Assembly (NCBI GenBank): GCA_051008935.1
Contig: JBPCXB010000211.1
Span: 8,503-72,502, forward strand
From: Gammaproteobacteria bacterium
Lineage (GTDB): Bacteria > Pseudomonadota > Gammaproteobacteria > JBPCXB01
Direction of reading: 5' to 3'
DNA: 64,000 nt
The notes beneath the pieces were generated by a model, which saw only the letters and a program-made list of their open reading frames with translations, ran no database searches and was not told the DNA's origin. Within the stretch, counting starts at the first letter, position 1, and each line of letters begins with the position of its first letter. The position numbers and the translations under genes are program-made. Of this stretch, positions 15,690 through 25,773 are shown piece after piece.

Positions 15690-17288
15690 TTAACGACTTC
15701 TGGCGTCTAGACCTATGGCATGCAATAGGGTCTGCAGCCCGCTGAGGATCTCGTTGGCATGTAGCGTCAGCAAATAGGTGGTCAGGATCAGTAGTAGACC
15801 CAGCCCCCAAGTGTGTAGGTGGCTGGTCCGAGCTCTAGTAGCTCGTTGCACAGGCTCTGTCAGGCGATGAATGCGTGCTGGCAGTTCGGTCAGATAGTGG
15901 ATGTTTTGCTCGAACTCTTTCTGGTGTCTTGCCAGCACGGCTGCCGGAGAGAATCTGCGTTTGCGCCAGCGCTGCAATTCAGAGCGGGCAATATTCCAGA
16001 TGTTCAATTGGGGGTAGATTTGCCGCCCCATTCCTTCAATATTGATCAAGGTTTTGATCAGAAGCGCCATGGAGGGTTGCATAATCATGCCGAAGGTTTT
16101 ACCTGCTGCGAATAGGTAAGTCAGCAGTTGGCCAAAATCCATCTGCTCCAGCGGCTGATCCAAAAGAGGTTCGCAGGCCGCTTGTATTGCCAGCCCCAGG
16201 TCTATGTCTCGGGTCTCAGCGCTGACCCAGCCAGCGGCTTTGATTTTTTCGGCGGCCAGTTGGAAATCAGAATTCAGGATGGCTTGCAGAATGCGCGCCA
16301 AGGTGGTCAGTTCGGTATCGCCTAGATGCCCGGTAATGGCGCAATCGACGGCAGCGTATACAGGTTCAGGTGCGGTATCTTTGCGCACCATGATGTTGCC
16401 AGGGTGCATGTCGCCATGAAAGAAATTATCTTGAAATACCTGCGTGAAGAAAATACGCACGCCCGTTTCAGCCAACTCTTTCATATCTACACCGCTTTTT
16501 TTCAACTCCGATGTATGGGTAACAGGTATGCCACTGATGTATTCAGCGGTCATAACGCGGCGCGTTGTATAAGGCCAATAGATGCGTGCGATCTTGAGCA
16601 TGTTATGGCGTTCGGCGTTTCTGCGCATGCGTGTGGTGCGCGCTGCTTCGAGCATCAGATCGCATTCGCCCCTGACGATGAGCGCATAATCTTGGAATAT
16701 CTCAGGCAGGCGCATACGGCTCCCTAGCTGGCGGTGCGCCCAATGGAAAGCGGCTGATACCAGGCGCAGGTCTTGCTCAACTCGGCGCTCAATATGGGGG
16801 CGCAGAACCTTAATGACCTGTTTACGACCGTCGCATTCAACCTCATGGACTTGAGCAAGAGAGGCGGCTGCTAAAGGTGTGTTTTCAAAACGGTCGAACA
16901 GGCTAGAGATATCTGCCCCCAGTTCTTGCTCTATGGTCTGTCTGATTCGGGCGGCCTGCAGAGGCTGGCAGTTGTCTCTTAGCCGAGCAAGCGCTTGCGC
17001 TAATGGCGGTGCGATTAAATCAGGGCGGGTAGACAAGAACTGGCCAAATTTGATGAAAACAGGTCCTTGTGTCTCTAGATATCGCGCAAAACGTTGTTCT
17101 GGGTTGTTTCGGCACGGTATGAGTTGAAAAGGTGCAAGAGCGAATTTGATGCTCCAACTTAAATGTGCTCGGGGTAGCAGTACATCAAATCTTCTGAAGA
17201 CCAGATTAAATAGCAAGAGTGCACACCTTAGGTAGGTCACAGAATTGTGTAGCCAGCTGTGGTGGGGGTCAGTCATTTCGATACGCAT
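15690..17288 (-). CDS. ubiB: ubiquinone biosynthesis regulatory kinase-like protein UbiB (ABC1 family)
   Basis: GPVFIKFGQFLSTRPDL, AAASLAQVH, FFHGDMHPGNI and C-terminal TM helices are present. The gene follows ubiE-ubiJ. Confidence 0.92.
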   Translation of the reverse strand: MRIEMTDPHHSWLHNSVTYLRCALLLFNLVFRRFDVLLPRAHLSWSIKFALAPFQLIPCRNNPEQRFARYLETQGPVFIKFGQFLSTRPDLIAPPLAQALARLRDNCQPLQAARIRQTIEQELGADISSLFDRFENTPLAAASLAQVHEVECDGRKQVIKVLRPHIERRVEQDLRLVSAAFHWAHRQLGSRMRLPEIFQDYALIVRGECDLMLEAARTTRMRRNAERHNMLKIARIYWPYTTRRVMTAEYISGIPVTHTSELKKSGVDMKELAETGVRIFFTQVFQDNFFHGDMHPGNIMVRKDTAPEPVYAAVDCAITGHLGDTELTTLARILQAILNSDFQLAAEKIKAAGWVSAETRDIDLGLAIQAACEPLLDQPLEQMDFGQLLTYLFAAGKTFGMIMQPSMALLIKTLINIEGMGRQIYPQLNIWNIARSELQRWRKRRFSPAAVLARHQKEFEQNIHYLTELPARIHRLTEPVQRATRARTSHLHTWGLGLLLILTTYLLTLHANEILSGLQTLLHAIGLDARSR

Positions 17289-17694
17289 TCAGAGCAGAGA
17301 GCCATTTTGAAGCTTGGTGATGGGCTGCAGTTGCTACAGGTGTTATGGCACCGCTGGCTGCACTTCCGAACCAGATCTCCAACCACTCGCCTAGCTCAGG
17401 GCGGTATCGGCGCAGAATAGACAGTAATCTCAGTGCCAGCGGTCGGTTGCCGCTGAAGCTCGGCGGGGTACTTTGCAGATGGATATCCGCTTCAGCATCG
17501 GGCTGAGAGGTGCATGTTGCTGTAATGGTGCCGGCGTCGTCGATCAGCAGTTGTAGGTAGTTGGCTGTGACCGGTAGCCGCACAGAGATTGATGTGCCAG
17601 CATACCGCTGCAGTCTGCCTTTGGTAGCTGGGTCGAGTGTAGCCAGATGCTCAGGCAGGTTGGCTAGACTGTTGGTTATGAGCGTATCCCACAT
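17269..17694 (-). CDS. ubiJ: SCP2-domain ubiquinone biosynthesis accessory factor UbiJ
   Basis: The call rests on position between ubiE and ubiB and on size. The ATG at 17694 overlaps the ubiE stop as TGATG; the maximal ORF reaches 17754. The sequence itself is weakly diagnostic. Confidence 0.55.
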   Translation of the reverse strand: MWDTLITNSLANLPEHLATLDPATKGRLQRYAGTSISVRLPVTANYLQLLIDDAGTITATCTSQPDAEADIHLQSTPPSFSGNRPLALRLLSILRRYRPELGEWLEIWFGSAASGAITPVATAAHHQASKWLSALNAYRND

Positions 17695-18428
17695 CAGGGT
17701 TTGTATCCTGAATGCAGGCAGAATATGCCGCCTGCTATTCTCAAGAAACGGCATTGTACCAATCCCGCTGCATCCATCATAGAGCTTATGGCTTCAGGAG
17801 AAGGATGCGCGCGGATGGATTCGTGCAGATAACGGTATGAATTGGTATCGCCGGCCATGATGCGCCCTAACAGAGGCAGTGCTGTTTCAGAGATTGCATC
17901 GTATAGTTTTCGGCCCAGAGGTGCAGTGGGTTGGGACAGCTCTAGCACGGTCACCAGCCCTGCGGGCATGAGGCAGCGTAATATCTCTTTGAAAGCGGTG
18001 GCTTTATCGCTGAAGTTGCGCAGTCCAAAGCCGATGAGGATGCGGTTAAAGCTGTCGTTGGCAAAGGGCAGGGATTCAGCAGTTGCACGCACCATGGGCA
18101 CATCTGGCCAACCTGCGTTGATTAAACGATTCCGTCCGGTAAGTAGCATTTCCATGTTGGGATCAGCGGCAATCAAGGACGCCTGTTTGAGCCTTGGTCG
18201 GATTTTTAGGCTTAAATCACAGGTTCCAGCAGCTAGATCGAGCACACTATGGTGAGACCGGATGGTGGACAGGTCTATGAGTATTTTTTTAAGGATCCTG
18301 TGGCCGCCAATAGTCATTGCATCGTTCATCAGGTCATAATGGGGTGCGGCTTGTTTGAAGACCTGCTGGACTTTCTGCCGGTGTGCCTGTGCTGGTTGTT
18401 GGGATGATTTGTTGGCGTTGTATTGCAT
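17694..18428 (-). CDS. ubiE: demethylmenaquinone / 2-methoxy-6-polyprenyl-1,4-benzoquinol methyltransferase
   Basis: YDLMNDAMTIGGHRILK, the SAM motif VLDLAAGTCDL, and FGLRNF are present. Confidence 0.92.
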   Translation of the reverse strand: MQYNANKSSQQPAQAHRQKVQQVFKQAAPHYDLMNDAMTIGGHRILKKILIDLSTIRSHHSVLDLAAGTCDLSLKIRPRLKQASLIAADPNMEMLLTGRNRLINAGWPDVPMVRATAESLPFANDSFNRILIGFGLRNFSDKATAFKEILRCLMPAGLVTVLELSQPTAPLGRKLYDAISETALPLLGRIMAGDTNSYRYLHESIRAHPSPEAISSMMDAAGLVQCRFLRIAGGIFCLHSGYKP

Positions 18429-18655
18429 AAGAAGGGTGTTGAGAGGTGGCTGATCCGGAGAAGAAAGAGTGTCTTTATTATGGTCGTTCTGATAGAACCT
18501 CGGTTATCTATTGACGGCAATTGGGTTGAGTAGAGCGGAACCAGATACAATGGATTTCAAGAGCAAGCTGCCCGTAGGCATCTTGTACAGCAAAATACAG
18601 TACAAAAGTAGGGCGTAGATAGAGTGGCATCAGACAGAGTTGCAGGTAATAGAGC

Positions 18656-19219
18656 ATGGTAAGTCAGACGCGGTGGGTCTGGTTAGACATGGAGATGAGT
18701 GGTCTCGATCCGGCTAGGCATAAGATTCTAGAAATGGCAACTGTTATCACGGATGAACATCTCAACGTGGTGGCAGAGGGGCCGGATATGGTGGCCTGGC
18801 AACCTCCAGAAGTGCTAGATGCGATGGATGATTGGTGTACGGAGCAACACGGCAAAAGTGGCTTGACCGCCAGAGTGCAAAATAGTACTAATAATGTGCG
18901 GGATATTGAGCGGGCTACGATGGAATTTCTCGAGCAGCATATTGCACCTAATACTGCGCCAATCTGTGGCAATTCGGTTTGGCAGGATAAGCGGTTTTTA
19001 TACCGTTACATGCCGGAAGTTTCTGATTTTTGCCATTATCGTATTATAGATGTCAGCAGTTTAAAGATATTGTCTACTGCCTGGTTGCGCCCTAGTAGCG
19101 GCATGCAGTTACGCAAGGCGCGTAACCATAGGGCTAAAGACGATGTCTATGAGTCGATCGAAGAACTGAAGTACTACAGAGAGATGCTTTTTGTACCTGC
19201 TGCACGGCGTGACAAGTAG
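18656..19219 (+). CDS. orn: oligoribonuclease
   Basis: VWLDMEMSGLDP, ICGNSVWQDKRFL and the H-x4-D (HRAKDDVYESIEEL) DEDDh exonuclease pattern are present. Confidence 0.92.
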   Translation: MVSQTRWVWLDMEMSGLDPARHKILEMATVITDEHLNVVAEGPDMVAWQPPEVLDAMDDWCTEQHGKSGLTARVQNSTNNVRDIERATMEFLEQHIAPNTAPICGNSVWQDKRFLYRYMPEVSDFCHYRIIDVSSLKILSTAWLRPSSGMQLRKARNHRAKDDVYESIEELKYYREMLFVPAARRDK

Positions 19220-19390
19220 GATGCCGTTGCGGTTACGCTATTGCAGGCCGGTTCTGTTGACCGATAGGCTAAAATATCTTTCGCTTTACTCATGAACGAG
19301 TCTGTGGTTGAACTTCTGGCGTCTGTGCCTTTTCTTTCCTGTAACTCGGTTGCTCTCAGAGGCTGAGTAGGCAGTTTCGTATCGCACTGG

Positions 19391-20764
19391 ATGGTTTTGG
19401 CGCAGAAAGTATTTATCAAGACTTGGGGCTGTCAGATGAATGACTATGATTCTGCACGCCTCTACGATCTTCTGGCTGATCAATGTGCCTTGCAGCCGGC
19501 CAGCCAAGCTGATGAAGCGGATGTATTGCTCATGAATACGTGCTCCATCCGAGACAAGGCGCAAGAGAAAGTGTTTTCTGAACTTGGAAGATGGGCTTCG
19601 TTGAAGGCGGCAAAACCGCATCTCATGATAGGTGTCGGCGGTTGCGTAGCGAGTCAGGAAGGGCAAGAATTGCAGCGCAGGGCGCCCATTGTTGATTTTG
19701 TCTTCGCCCCCCAAACATTACATCGAGTGCCGAGCCTTCTGGAACAATCCAAATCCCGGAGAGCGGCTGCCGATATCCGCAGCCCTAAATCACAGGAGCC
19801 CATTCAGGTTGTAGATGTCAGTTTTCCTGAAATTGAGAAGTTTGATCATCTGCCGACACCGTCGGTCAGTAGTGTCAGCAGCTTGCTTTCGATTATGGAA
19901 GGGTGCAGTAAGTACTGTTCTTTTTGCGTGGTTCCCTATACCCGAGGCGAAGAATTTAGCCGCCCAGCAGAAGCGATTCTGGAGGAAGCTTGGCAGTTAC
20001 TTCTTGGGGGATCCAGTGAGTTGGTATTATTGGGTCAGAATGTCAACGCTTGGGAGGAAGGGGATCGCGACTTTGCTTGGCTGATTGAACAGGTGGCTCA
20101 ATTGGATGGGTTGGAGCGTATCCGCTACACCACATCCCACCCTCTGGAATTTTCAGATCGGCTGATTGAATGCCACGCACAGGTACCCCAGCTGGTGCGT
20201 CAAGTGCATTTGCCAGTGCAGAGCGGTTCAGATCAGATATTGACTGCTATGAAGCGCAATTACACGCGTGCCTACTATCTGGAGCGGATAGAGGCTCTGC
20301 GTGCTGCGTGTCCGGGAATTTCTATCTCGTCAGATTTTATTGTGGGTTTTCCGGGCGAGACAGAAGCGCATTTTTGGCAGACTCTTGAATTGGTAGAGCA
20401 GGTTGGCTTCGATCATTCATTCAGCTTTATCTACAGCGCGCGCCCCGGCACCCCCGCTTCCCGCTTTGCCGATGATACTCCGCAAGAAGAAAAACGCGAG
20501 CGGCTGTATCGATTACAGGCTTTGTTGAATCAGCAACGTGCGCGTATCGATCAGGGCATGCTGGGGTCGCAGCAAAGCTGCCTGGTGACCGGCTATTCTC
20601 GTAAATCCCCAGATGACATGCAGGGGCGTACCCAGAATAATCGCGTCGTTAATTTCCCCGCTCAGTCACCAGATTTGATTGGGCGCATCGTGGAATTGAC
20701 GATTGAAACCCAACGGGCAAATTCGCTACGGGGCAGCTTAGCTATGGCAGATACTCTGTGCTAA
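19391..20764 (+). CDS. miaB: tRNA-2-methylthio-N6-dimethylallyladenosine synthase
   Basis: The N-terminal region reads [14 protein letters not shown]. The radical-SAM CxxxCxxC motif is [13 protein letters not shown] domain lies at the C-terminus. Confidence 0.93.
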   Translation: MVLAQKVFIKTWGCQMNDYDSARLYDLLADQCALQPASQADEADVLLMNTCSIRDKAQEKVFSELGRWASLKAAKPHLMIGVGGCVASQEGQELQRRAPIVDFVFAPQTLHRVPSLLEQSKSRRAAADIRSPKSQEPIQVVDVSFPEIEKFDHLPTPSVSSVSSLLSIMEGCSKYCSFCVVPYTRGEEFSRPAEAILEEAWQLLLGGSSELVLLGQNVNAWEEGDRDFAWLIEQVAQLDGLERIRYTTSHPLEFSDRLIECHAQVPQLVRQVHLPVQSGSDQILTAMKRNYTRAYYLERIEALRAACPGISISSDFIVGFPGETEAHFWQTLELVEQVGFDHSFSFIYSARPGTPASRFADDTPQEEKRERLYRLQALLNQQRARIDQGMLGSQQSCLVTGYSRKSPDDMQGRTQNNRVVNFPAQSPDLIGRIVELTIETQRANSLRGSLAMADTLC

Positions 20765-20768
20765 TGCT

Positions 20769-21854
20769 TTGAGCGACTCTATGAAAGCGGTCGGGAACGG
20801 CGCCGCGCCTAAATACAGCGTGTTGCGTTTTGAGCCTCCAAATATGACGCGTATGCTGGCGCTCTGTGGACCGGTAGATTCTTACTTGCGCTTGGTTGCC
20901 AAGAGTTTTTCGGTACGTATTGAACATCGAGGCGATCAGCTATTTGTGCAAGGAGATCCGCAGGCCGTTGAAAATGCGGAACAGGCACTACACCAGCTGT
21001 ATCAGCTTACAGCCGGCGGTGTGATCAACAGTGAACAGGTTCAGCAGGTGACACTGGGTCAGTTGGGATCGGACAATTCATCGAGCAAGGAGCCAGGCGT
21101 GCGAGCCACTGATCAGGATATTGAAGATTTCGACCCGGTGTTGGTACAGACGCCTAAGATCAAAATTAGGCCCTCTGGTTTGGAACAGAAGAGCTATCTA
21201 GAAGCGCTTTTGAGCGCAGACTTGTGCTTTGGTGTAGGGCCAGCAGGTGTCGGCAAAACTTGGCTGGCCATGGCTGTAGGGGTGCAGGCACTTCAAGCAG
21301 GTGAAGTGGAGCGGATTGTGTTGGTGCGCCCGGCAGTGGAAGCGGGTGAGAAACTGGGCTTTTTGCCAGGAGATATGGTGCAGAAAGTAGAGCCTTACCA
21401 GAAACCGCTCTACGATGCTTTATTTGAATTTCTGGGCCGTTCTCGGGCTGAGGCACTGGTTGATGAGGGGGCAGTAGAAGTGCTGCCATTGGCTTATATG
21501 AGGGGGCGCACATTGCAACGCAGCTTCATTCTTTTGGATGAGAGCCAGAACGCAACGGTAGAGCAGATGAAGATGATGCTGACCCGGCTTGGTAACGGCT
21601 CCCGTATTGTGGTGACAGGGGATCTGTCTCAGAGCGATTTGCCGGCCAATACGCCTTCAGGGCTGCAGCATGCATTGGATATCCTGAGTCAGGTTCCGGG
21701 TGTAGCCGTGTCTTATCTCACTGAGTTGAGCGTGGTCAGGCATCCTCTCGTGCGTCGTATTATCCGAGCATACAGTGCCCAGTCAGCCCATCAACAGCAG
21801 ATGCGGCAACGGCTATCGTCCCCTCAGCCTGATCAGGCAAAGCAGGTGCGCTGA
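20769..21854 (+). CDS. ybeZ: PhoH-family ATPase (YbeZ)
   Basis: Walker A is GPAGVGKTWLA and Walker B is ILLDESQN. The gene lies in the conserved miaB-ybeZ-ybeY-corC-lnt context. Confidence 0.9.
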   Translation: MSDSMKAVGNGAAPKYSVLRFEPPNMTRMLALCGPVDSYLRLVAKSFSVRIEHRGDQLFVQGDPQAVENAEQALHQLYQLTAGGVINSEQVQQVTLGQLGSDNSSSKEPGVRATDQDIEDFDPVLVQTPKIKIRPSGLEQKSYLEALLSADLCFGVGPAGVGKTWLAMAVGVQALQAGEVERIVLVRPAVEAGEKLGFLPGDMVQKVEPYQKPLYDALFEFLGRSRAEALVDEGAVEVLPLAYMRGRTLQRSFILLDESQNATVEQMKMMLTRLGNGSRIVVTGDLSQSDLPANTPSGLQHALDILSQVPGVAVSYLTELSVVRHPLVRRIIRAYSAQSAHQQQMRQRLSSPQPDQAKQVR

Positions 21855-22438
21855 TGCATCCTGGAGTATCAACAGATGCGGCCGCTTTTTCGCCTACTGA
21901 ACGTGAGCTTCAGCGATGGGTGCAGGCCGCTTTGAAAGTTGCTGATGCTAGTAGCAGCTGGCAGGTAGCTATATGCCTGATGGACGAGCGGCAAATGCAG
22001 GAGTTGAATGGGTCTTTTCGCAATAAAATGCACCCGACCAATTGCTTGTCATTCCCAGCTTATTCGCCGGATGAAGTGGCTGTGATGCTGAAGCAGGTAC
22101 CCTGCAGTGCAGGTAATGATAATATGACTGACAGCTTGGGCGATATTGCACTTTGTAGTTCGGTGATTAATAAAGAATCCGGATGTTGGGAGTTGCCTTT
22201 AGCGGCTCATTGGGCCCATTTGACCATTCATTCGGTGCTGCATTTGTTGGGTTACGATCATTTGATGCCTGAAGAAAGAAAGAACATGGAGGCCGCCGAG
22301 ACGCGTGCCATGTTGGAGTTGGGCTTTGCAGATCCCTGGTCGGATAGACCGGATAGACCGGACAGATCGAATAGGTCGGACAAGTCGGACAGATCGGGCG
22401 CCGGAAGCCAACAGCGTTTTGAGCTGCATGGACCATGA
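21854..22438 (+). CDS. ybeY: rRNA maturation endoribonuclease YbeY with a repeat-containing C-terminal extension
   Basis: The zinc motif HSVLHLLGYDH is present. The tail DRPDRPDRSNRSDKSDRSGAGSQQRFELHGP is encoded partly by 9-bp tandem repeats. Confidence 0.88.
   Translation: MHPGVSTDAAAFSPTERELQRWVQAALKVADASSSWQVAICLMDERQMQELNGSFRNKMHPTNCLSFPAYSPDEVAVMLKQVPCSAGNDNMTDSLGDIALCSSVINKESGCWELPLAAHWAHLTIHSVLHLLGYDHLMPEERKNMEAAETRAMLELGFADPWSDRPDRPDRSNRSDKSDRSGAGSQQRFELHGP
22343..22396 (+). repeat. six tandem 9-bp units inside the ybeY 3' end
   Basis: The units are GATAGACCG GATAGACCG GACAGATCG AATAGGTCG GACAAGTCG GACAGATCG. They encode DRP-DRP-DRS-NRS-DKS-DRS. Confidence 0.9.
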
Positions 22439-22514
22439 ATTTGGAGGGCCGAACTGGACCTATGGATAGGATGATCCGTGCAGATTCAAGGGATAGACTG
22501 ACGGGTAGCTGGCT

Positions 22515-23621
22515 GTGAATTACCCTGCGGAAGACAGCTCATCTCCTGAATGGCAGGGAGCATCTGACCGAGCTCCCAAATCTTGGTGGCGGCGGTTGCT
22601 CGCTATTTTTGATTCGGCCGAAGACAGCAAGTTGCAAGAATCCAGCTCCATGTCCATGCTGCGCTCCATGGCGGATGCAGCCATGGAGTTGAATCAGAAG
22701 CGGGTACGGGACATTATGGTTCCGCGCTCAAATGTGCGCTTTGTTTATGAGGATGACAGCCGAGAAGAGGTCATCAATGCGGTTTTGCTCTCCGGTTTTA
22801 CCCGTTTGCCTGTAGCCGATCGGAATGAGCAGCAGATTCTGGGTATCCTGCACGCCAAGGATCTTCTAGCTCAGCCGCAATCGCGTTATCACCTCCAGCC
22901 GAGGGATTTGATGCGCATCGCAAAGCCGGTGCCTGAAAGCATGCGCATACCCTATTTGCTTGAAGAGTTTCGCCGGCAACGCTTGCATATGGCGCCTGTG
23001 GTGGATGAGTACGGCGGTATTGCGGGTATCGTGACAATTGAGGATATTATTGAAGAGATCATCGGTGATATCGAAGATGAGCATGACAAGCAGGTGGAGG
23101 CGGAGAAAATCCAGAGCATCGGGCACGACCTTTGGCTGGTGCCAGCCTCTATTCCCTTGGGTGAATTTAATGAATTGCTCAAAGCCGAGCTGGAAGATAA
23201 AGACGCTGAGACACTCGGCGGCATGGTGGTGAACTACTTGCAGCGCATCCCCAAACGCGGGCAGATTTTGAGTCTAGATAACTTTAATATCAGCGTAAAG
23301 GCCGTCAAAGGAGGCCGTATTCAGCAGCTTGAAGTGGGTCGGCGCAAAGCGCAAGGCCATCTGGCTGCAGATATCGAACAGATTGGAGAGAAAGGCTGGC
23401 GGCTCGCCGCTCAAGCCCCGATCAGCAAAGTCAAGGAACTCACTCAGGCGGCGATAAAGGATTCATCCGGTACGGTAGGTGCTTGGTTGAAAGAGCAGCT
23501 AGGGGGTTCTGTGCAGAAGGGCGCATTTGTTGATGTTTCCGACCTCAGGTTTCAGGCTGAATCCTTAAAAGAGGGCGACATTGATCGGGTGCTGATATTC
23601 CCGGTGGAACCCGAAACCTGA
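22515..23621 (+). CDS. corC: CorC/HlyC-family CBS-domain protein (Mg/Co efflux-associated) with an extra C-terminal module
   Basis: RVRDIMVPRS, a CBS pair, and IVTIEDIIEEIIGDIEDEHD are followed by the transporter-associated domain (WLVPASIPLGEFNELL...GGMVVNYLQRIPKRGQ). About 85 further residues then repeat that pattern. Confidence 0.85.
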   Translation: MNYPAEDSSSPEWQGASDRAPKSWWRRLLAIFDSAEDSKLQESSSMSMLRSMADAAMELNQKRVRDIMVPRSNVRFVYEDDSREEVINAVLLSGFTRLPVADRNEQQILGILHAKDLLAQPQSRYHLQPRDLMRIAKPVPESMRIPYLLEEFRRQRLHMAPVVDEYGGIAGIVTIEDIIEEIIGDIEDEHDKQVEAEKIQSIGHDLWLVPASIPLGEFNELLKAELEDKDAETLGGMVVNYLQRIPKRGQILSLDNFNISVKAVKGGRIQQLEVGRRKAQGHLAADIEQIGEKGWRLAAQAPISKVKELTQAAIKDSSGTVGAWLKEQLGGSVQKGAFVDVSDLRFQAESLKEGDIDRVLIFPVEPET

Positions 23622-23637
23622 TCAGGATGTATTAAGG

Positions 23638-25233
23638 ATGACGAACGCTAATTTACCTGCTTGGGTGCACCGTTTGTCTCTGATTCGGTCTGTATTGCTG
23701 CGCATCCCTCGGCCTGTATATGCACTAGTAGCTGGGTGCGGGTTGGTGTTGGCTTTTGCCCCTTTTAATCTGTGGGTACTGGCGCTGCTTTGCCCGAGCC
23801 TGTTGTTCTGGTTATTGAAGCAGGCGCGCTCTCCTTTAGAAGCGGCATGGATTGGCTGGCTTTTTGGCTTAGGTCTGTGGCTGGCAGGCATGTACTGGTT
23901 GTATTTCAGCATCTCTTCTGTGGGGGTATCTGCATGGCTGAGTGCCCTAATTACCATAGGATTTGCAGCGTGCATGGCTTGTTTCCAGCTTTTGACGGGC
24001 TGGATATTCTATCTGTTATTGCATTACAGGATGCCGGCAAAAGCTGGAAACAGGCTTCTCGGTAACTGGGATAGCGCCTTGCTGTTTGCAGCAGTATGGC
24101 TTTTGATCGAGTGGTGCAGAAGCTGGATCGCTACCGGGTTACCCTGGTTGCAGTTAGGCACGACGTCTATTTCATGGTGGGCGAGCGGCTGGCTACCAGT
24201 GATCGGGCAATCAGGCGTTGCTGCTGTGCTACTGGCTGGTGGTGCCATGGTGGTCGCAGGGCGGACTTTCGCCGCACGTTTGGTGATGGTCGCCGTCCTG
24301 CTCTGTATGGCACTGGCTGGTGGTGTCTTAAAGCAGATCGATTGGGTGCGCACGGAGCGTGTACTTGAGGTGCGGGTCATACAGACCAATTTTGATGCCA
24401 GCTATCGCTGGACAACTGAAGGTTTACAGCGGGTGTTGAGCCAGAGCTTGGCGCTGACTTCACAAGGAGCCACTTTGATTCTCTGGCCTGAAACGGCTCT
24501 GCCTATTAGAGACAGTTGGCCGGTGGCCCAACAACTTGAAGAATACCTGAACAAGACCTACAGCGCTAGGGGCCAGTCTCTGGTTTATGGCGTGCTGCAT
24601 GACCGGCAGGATCGATTAAATGCCCCAATCTACAACGCTTTAAAAGTCACAGGCCACGAGCAAGAGATTTATTTGAAGCGCAGGCTGGTGCCTTTCGGCG
24701 AATATACGCCTGAGTTTCTCAGTTCGTTTTTTCAGCTGCTGAATTTTCCCGAATCGTCGCTGTCTTCAGGGCCGCAACATCAGGCTGTGATACAGATAGA
24801 TGGCATCCAGATAGCCCCTGCAGTGTGTTACGAAGTGATCTATCCAGATTATGCTGCTCGGTTGGCAGAGGCTGGGCTGGGGGTCACCATCAGTAATGAC
24901 GCTTGGTTTGGAGAGTCTATAGGGCCTTGGCAGCATTTGCAGATTGCTCAGGTTCAGGCCGCCGAGAGCCGCCGTTGGTTGTTGCGCTCCGTGAACGGAG
25001 GCATCGGAGGTGTCATCAATGCCAGAGGGGAAATGGCGCATACTTTGATGCCTTTCCAACCGGATGCCATTTCAGCCACTGTCCCTGTTGTTCAGCATGC
25101 TACGCCGGCTAGCTGGTTGCCTGCATGGTTTTATGCTGCGCTATCGGCTCTTTTTATTGCCCTCTATCTAGCAGCTGGCCATAGTGGCTGGCCATTGAGA
25201 TTGAGGTTTATGGGCCAGAAAGTGAGAGACTAG
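23638..25233 (+). CDS. lnt: apolipoprotein N-acyltransferase
   Basis: A multi-TM N-terminal half is followed by a CN-hydrolase domain (LILWPETA, VPFGEY, APAVCYEVIYPD, ISNDAWFG). Confidence 0.92.
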   Translation: MTNANLPAWVHRLSLIRSVLLRIPRPVYALVAGCGLVLAFAPFNLWVLALLCPSLLFWLLKQARSPLEAAWIGWLFGLGLWLAGMYWLYFSISSVGVSAWLSALITIGFAACMACFQLLTGWIFYLLLHYRMPAKAGNRLLGNWDSALLFAAVWLLIEWCRSWIATGLPWLQLGTTSISWWASGWLPVIGQSGVAAVLLAGGAMVVAGRTFAARLVMVAVLLCMALAGGVLKQIDWVRTERVLEVRVIQTNFDASYRWTTEGLQRVLSQSLALTSQGATLILWPETALPIRDSWPVAQQLEEYLNKTYSARGQSLVYGVLHDRQDRLNAPIYNALKVTGHEQEIYLKRRLVPFGEYTPEFLSSFFQLLNFPESSLSSGPQHQAVIQIDGIQIAPAVCYEVIYPDYAARLAEAGLGVTISNDAWFGESIGPWQHLQIAQVQAAESRRWLLRSVNGGIGGVINARGEMAHTLMPFQPDAISATVPVVQHATPASWLPAWFYAALSALFIALYLAAGHSGWPLRLRFMGQKVRD

Positions 25234-25773
25234 TTGGTGAAGGATGAGATAACCTGCGCAGGCTGGCAGCAGTATCTTAGCCAGTCGGTGGGCGTGGCGA
25301 TTTGGGTCAGGATCGATGAGCAGCGACTCGATCTGTATTGCGCTGGTGTGCTTGAGAAGCAGTACAGCGTGTCGACAGCTAGTCGGGGCATGGGTAATGA
25401 GCCGGATTCATACTGCACGCCTTCGGGGCTTCATCAAATCTGTGACAGGTTCGGTGATGGTGAACCCGTTGGCCGTGTGTTTCGGCACAGGTGCGCTACC
25501 CGACAAATCGCACAGATAGAAACGCGCGCGGTACCGACCGGTCAGGATCTGATTACCACGCGTATCTTGTGGCTTGCGGGTGCTGAAAAAGCCAACACCG
25601 GGCGTTGCAGTACCAAAGAACGCTACATCTATATCCACGGCACTCCTGAAGAAGGGCTGATTGGTCAGCCTGTCTCCCACGGTTGTATCAGGATGCGCAA
25701 TGCTGATATCCTAGAGCTGTACCCAGAAATAGCAGTGGGTACTCCGGTCTACGTGTCGCTAGATGGTGGCTAG
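25234..25773 (+). CDS. L,D-transpeptidase (YkuD) domain protein
   Basis: The catalytic motif IYIHGTPEEGLIGQPVSHGCIRMRN is present. No obvious signal peptide appears in the tracked N-terminus, so the start is uncertain (TTG 25234 or GTG 25237). Confidence 0.75.
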   Translation: MVKDEITCAGWQQYLSQSVGVAIWVRIDEQRLDLYCAGVLEKQYSVSTASRGMGNEPDSYCTPSGLHQICDRFGDGEPVGRVFRHRCATRQIAQIETRAVPTGQDLITTRILWLAGAEKANTGRCSTKERYIYIHGTPEEGLIGQPVSHGCIRMRNADILELYPEIAVGTPVYVSLDGG

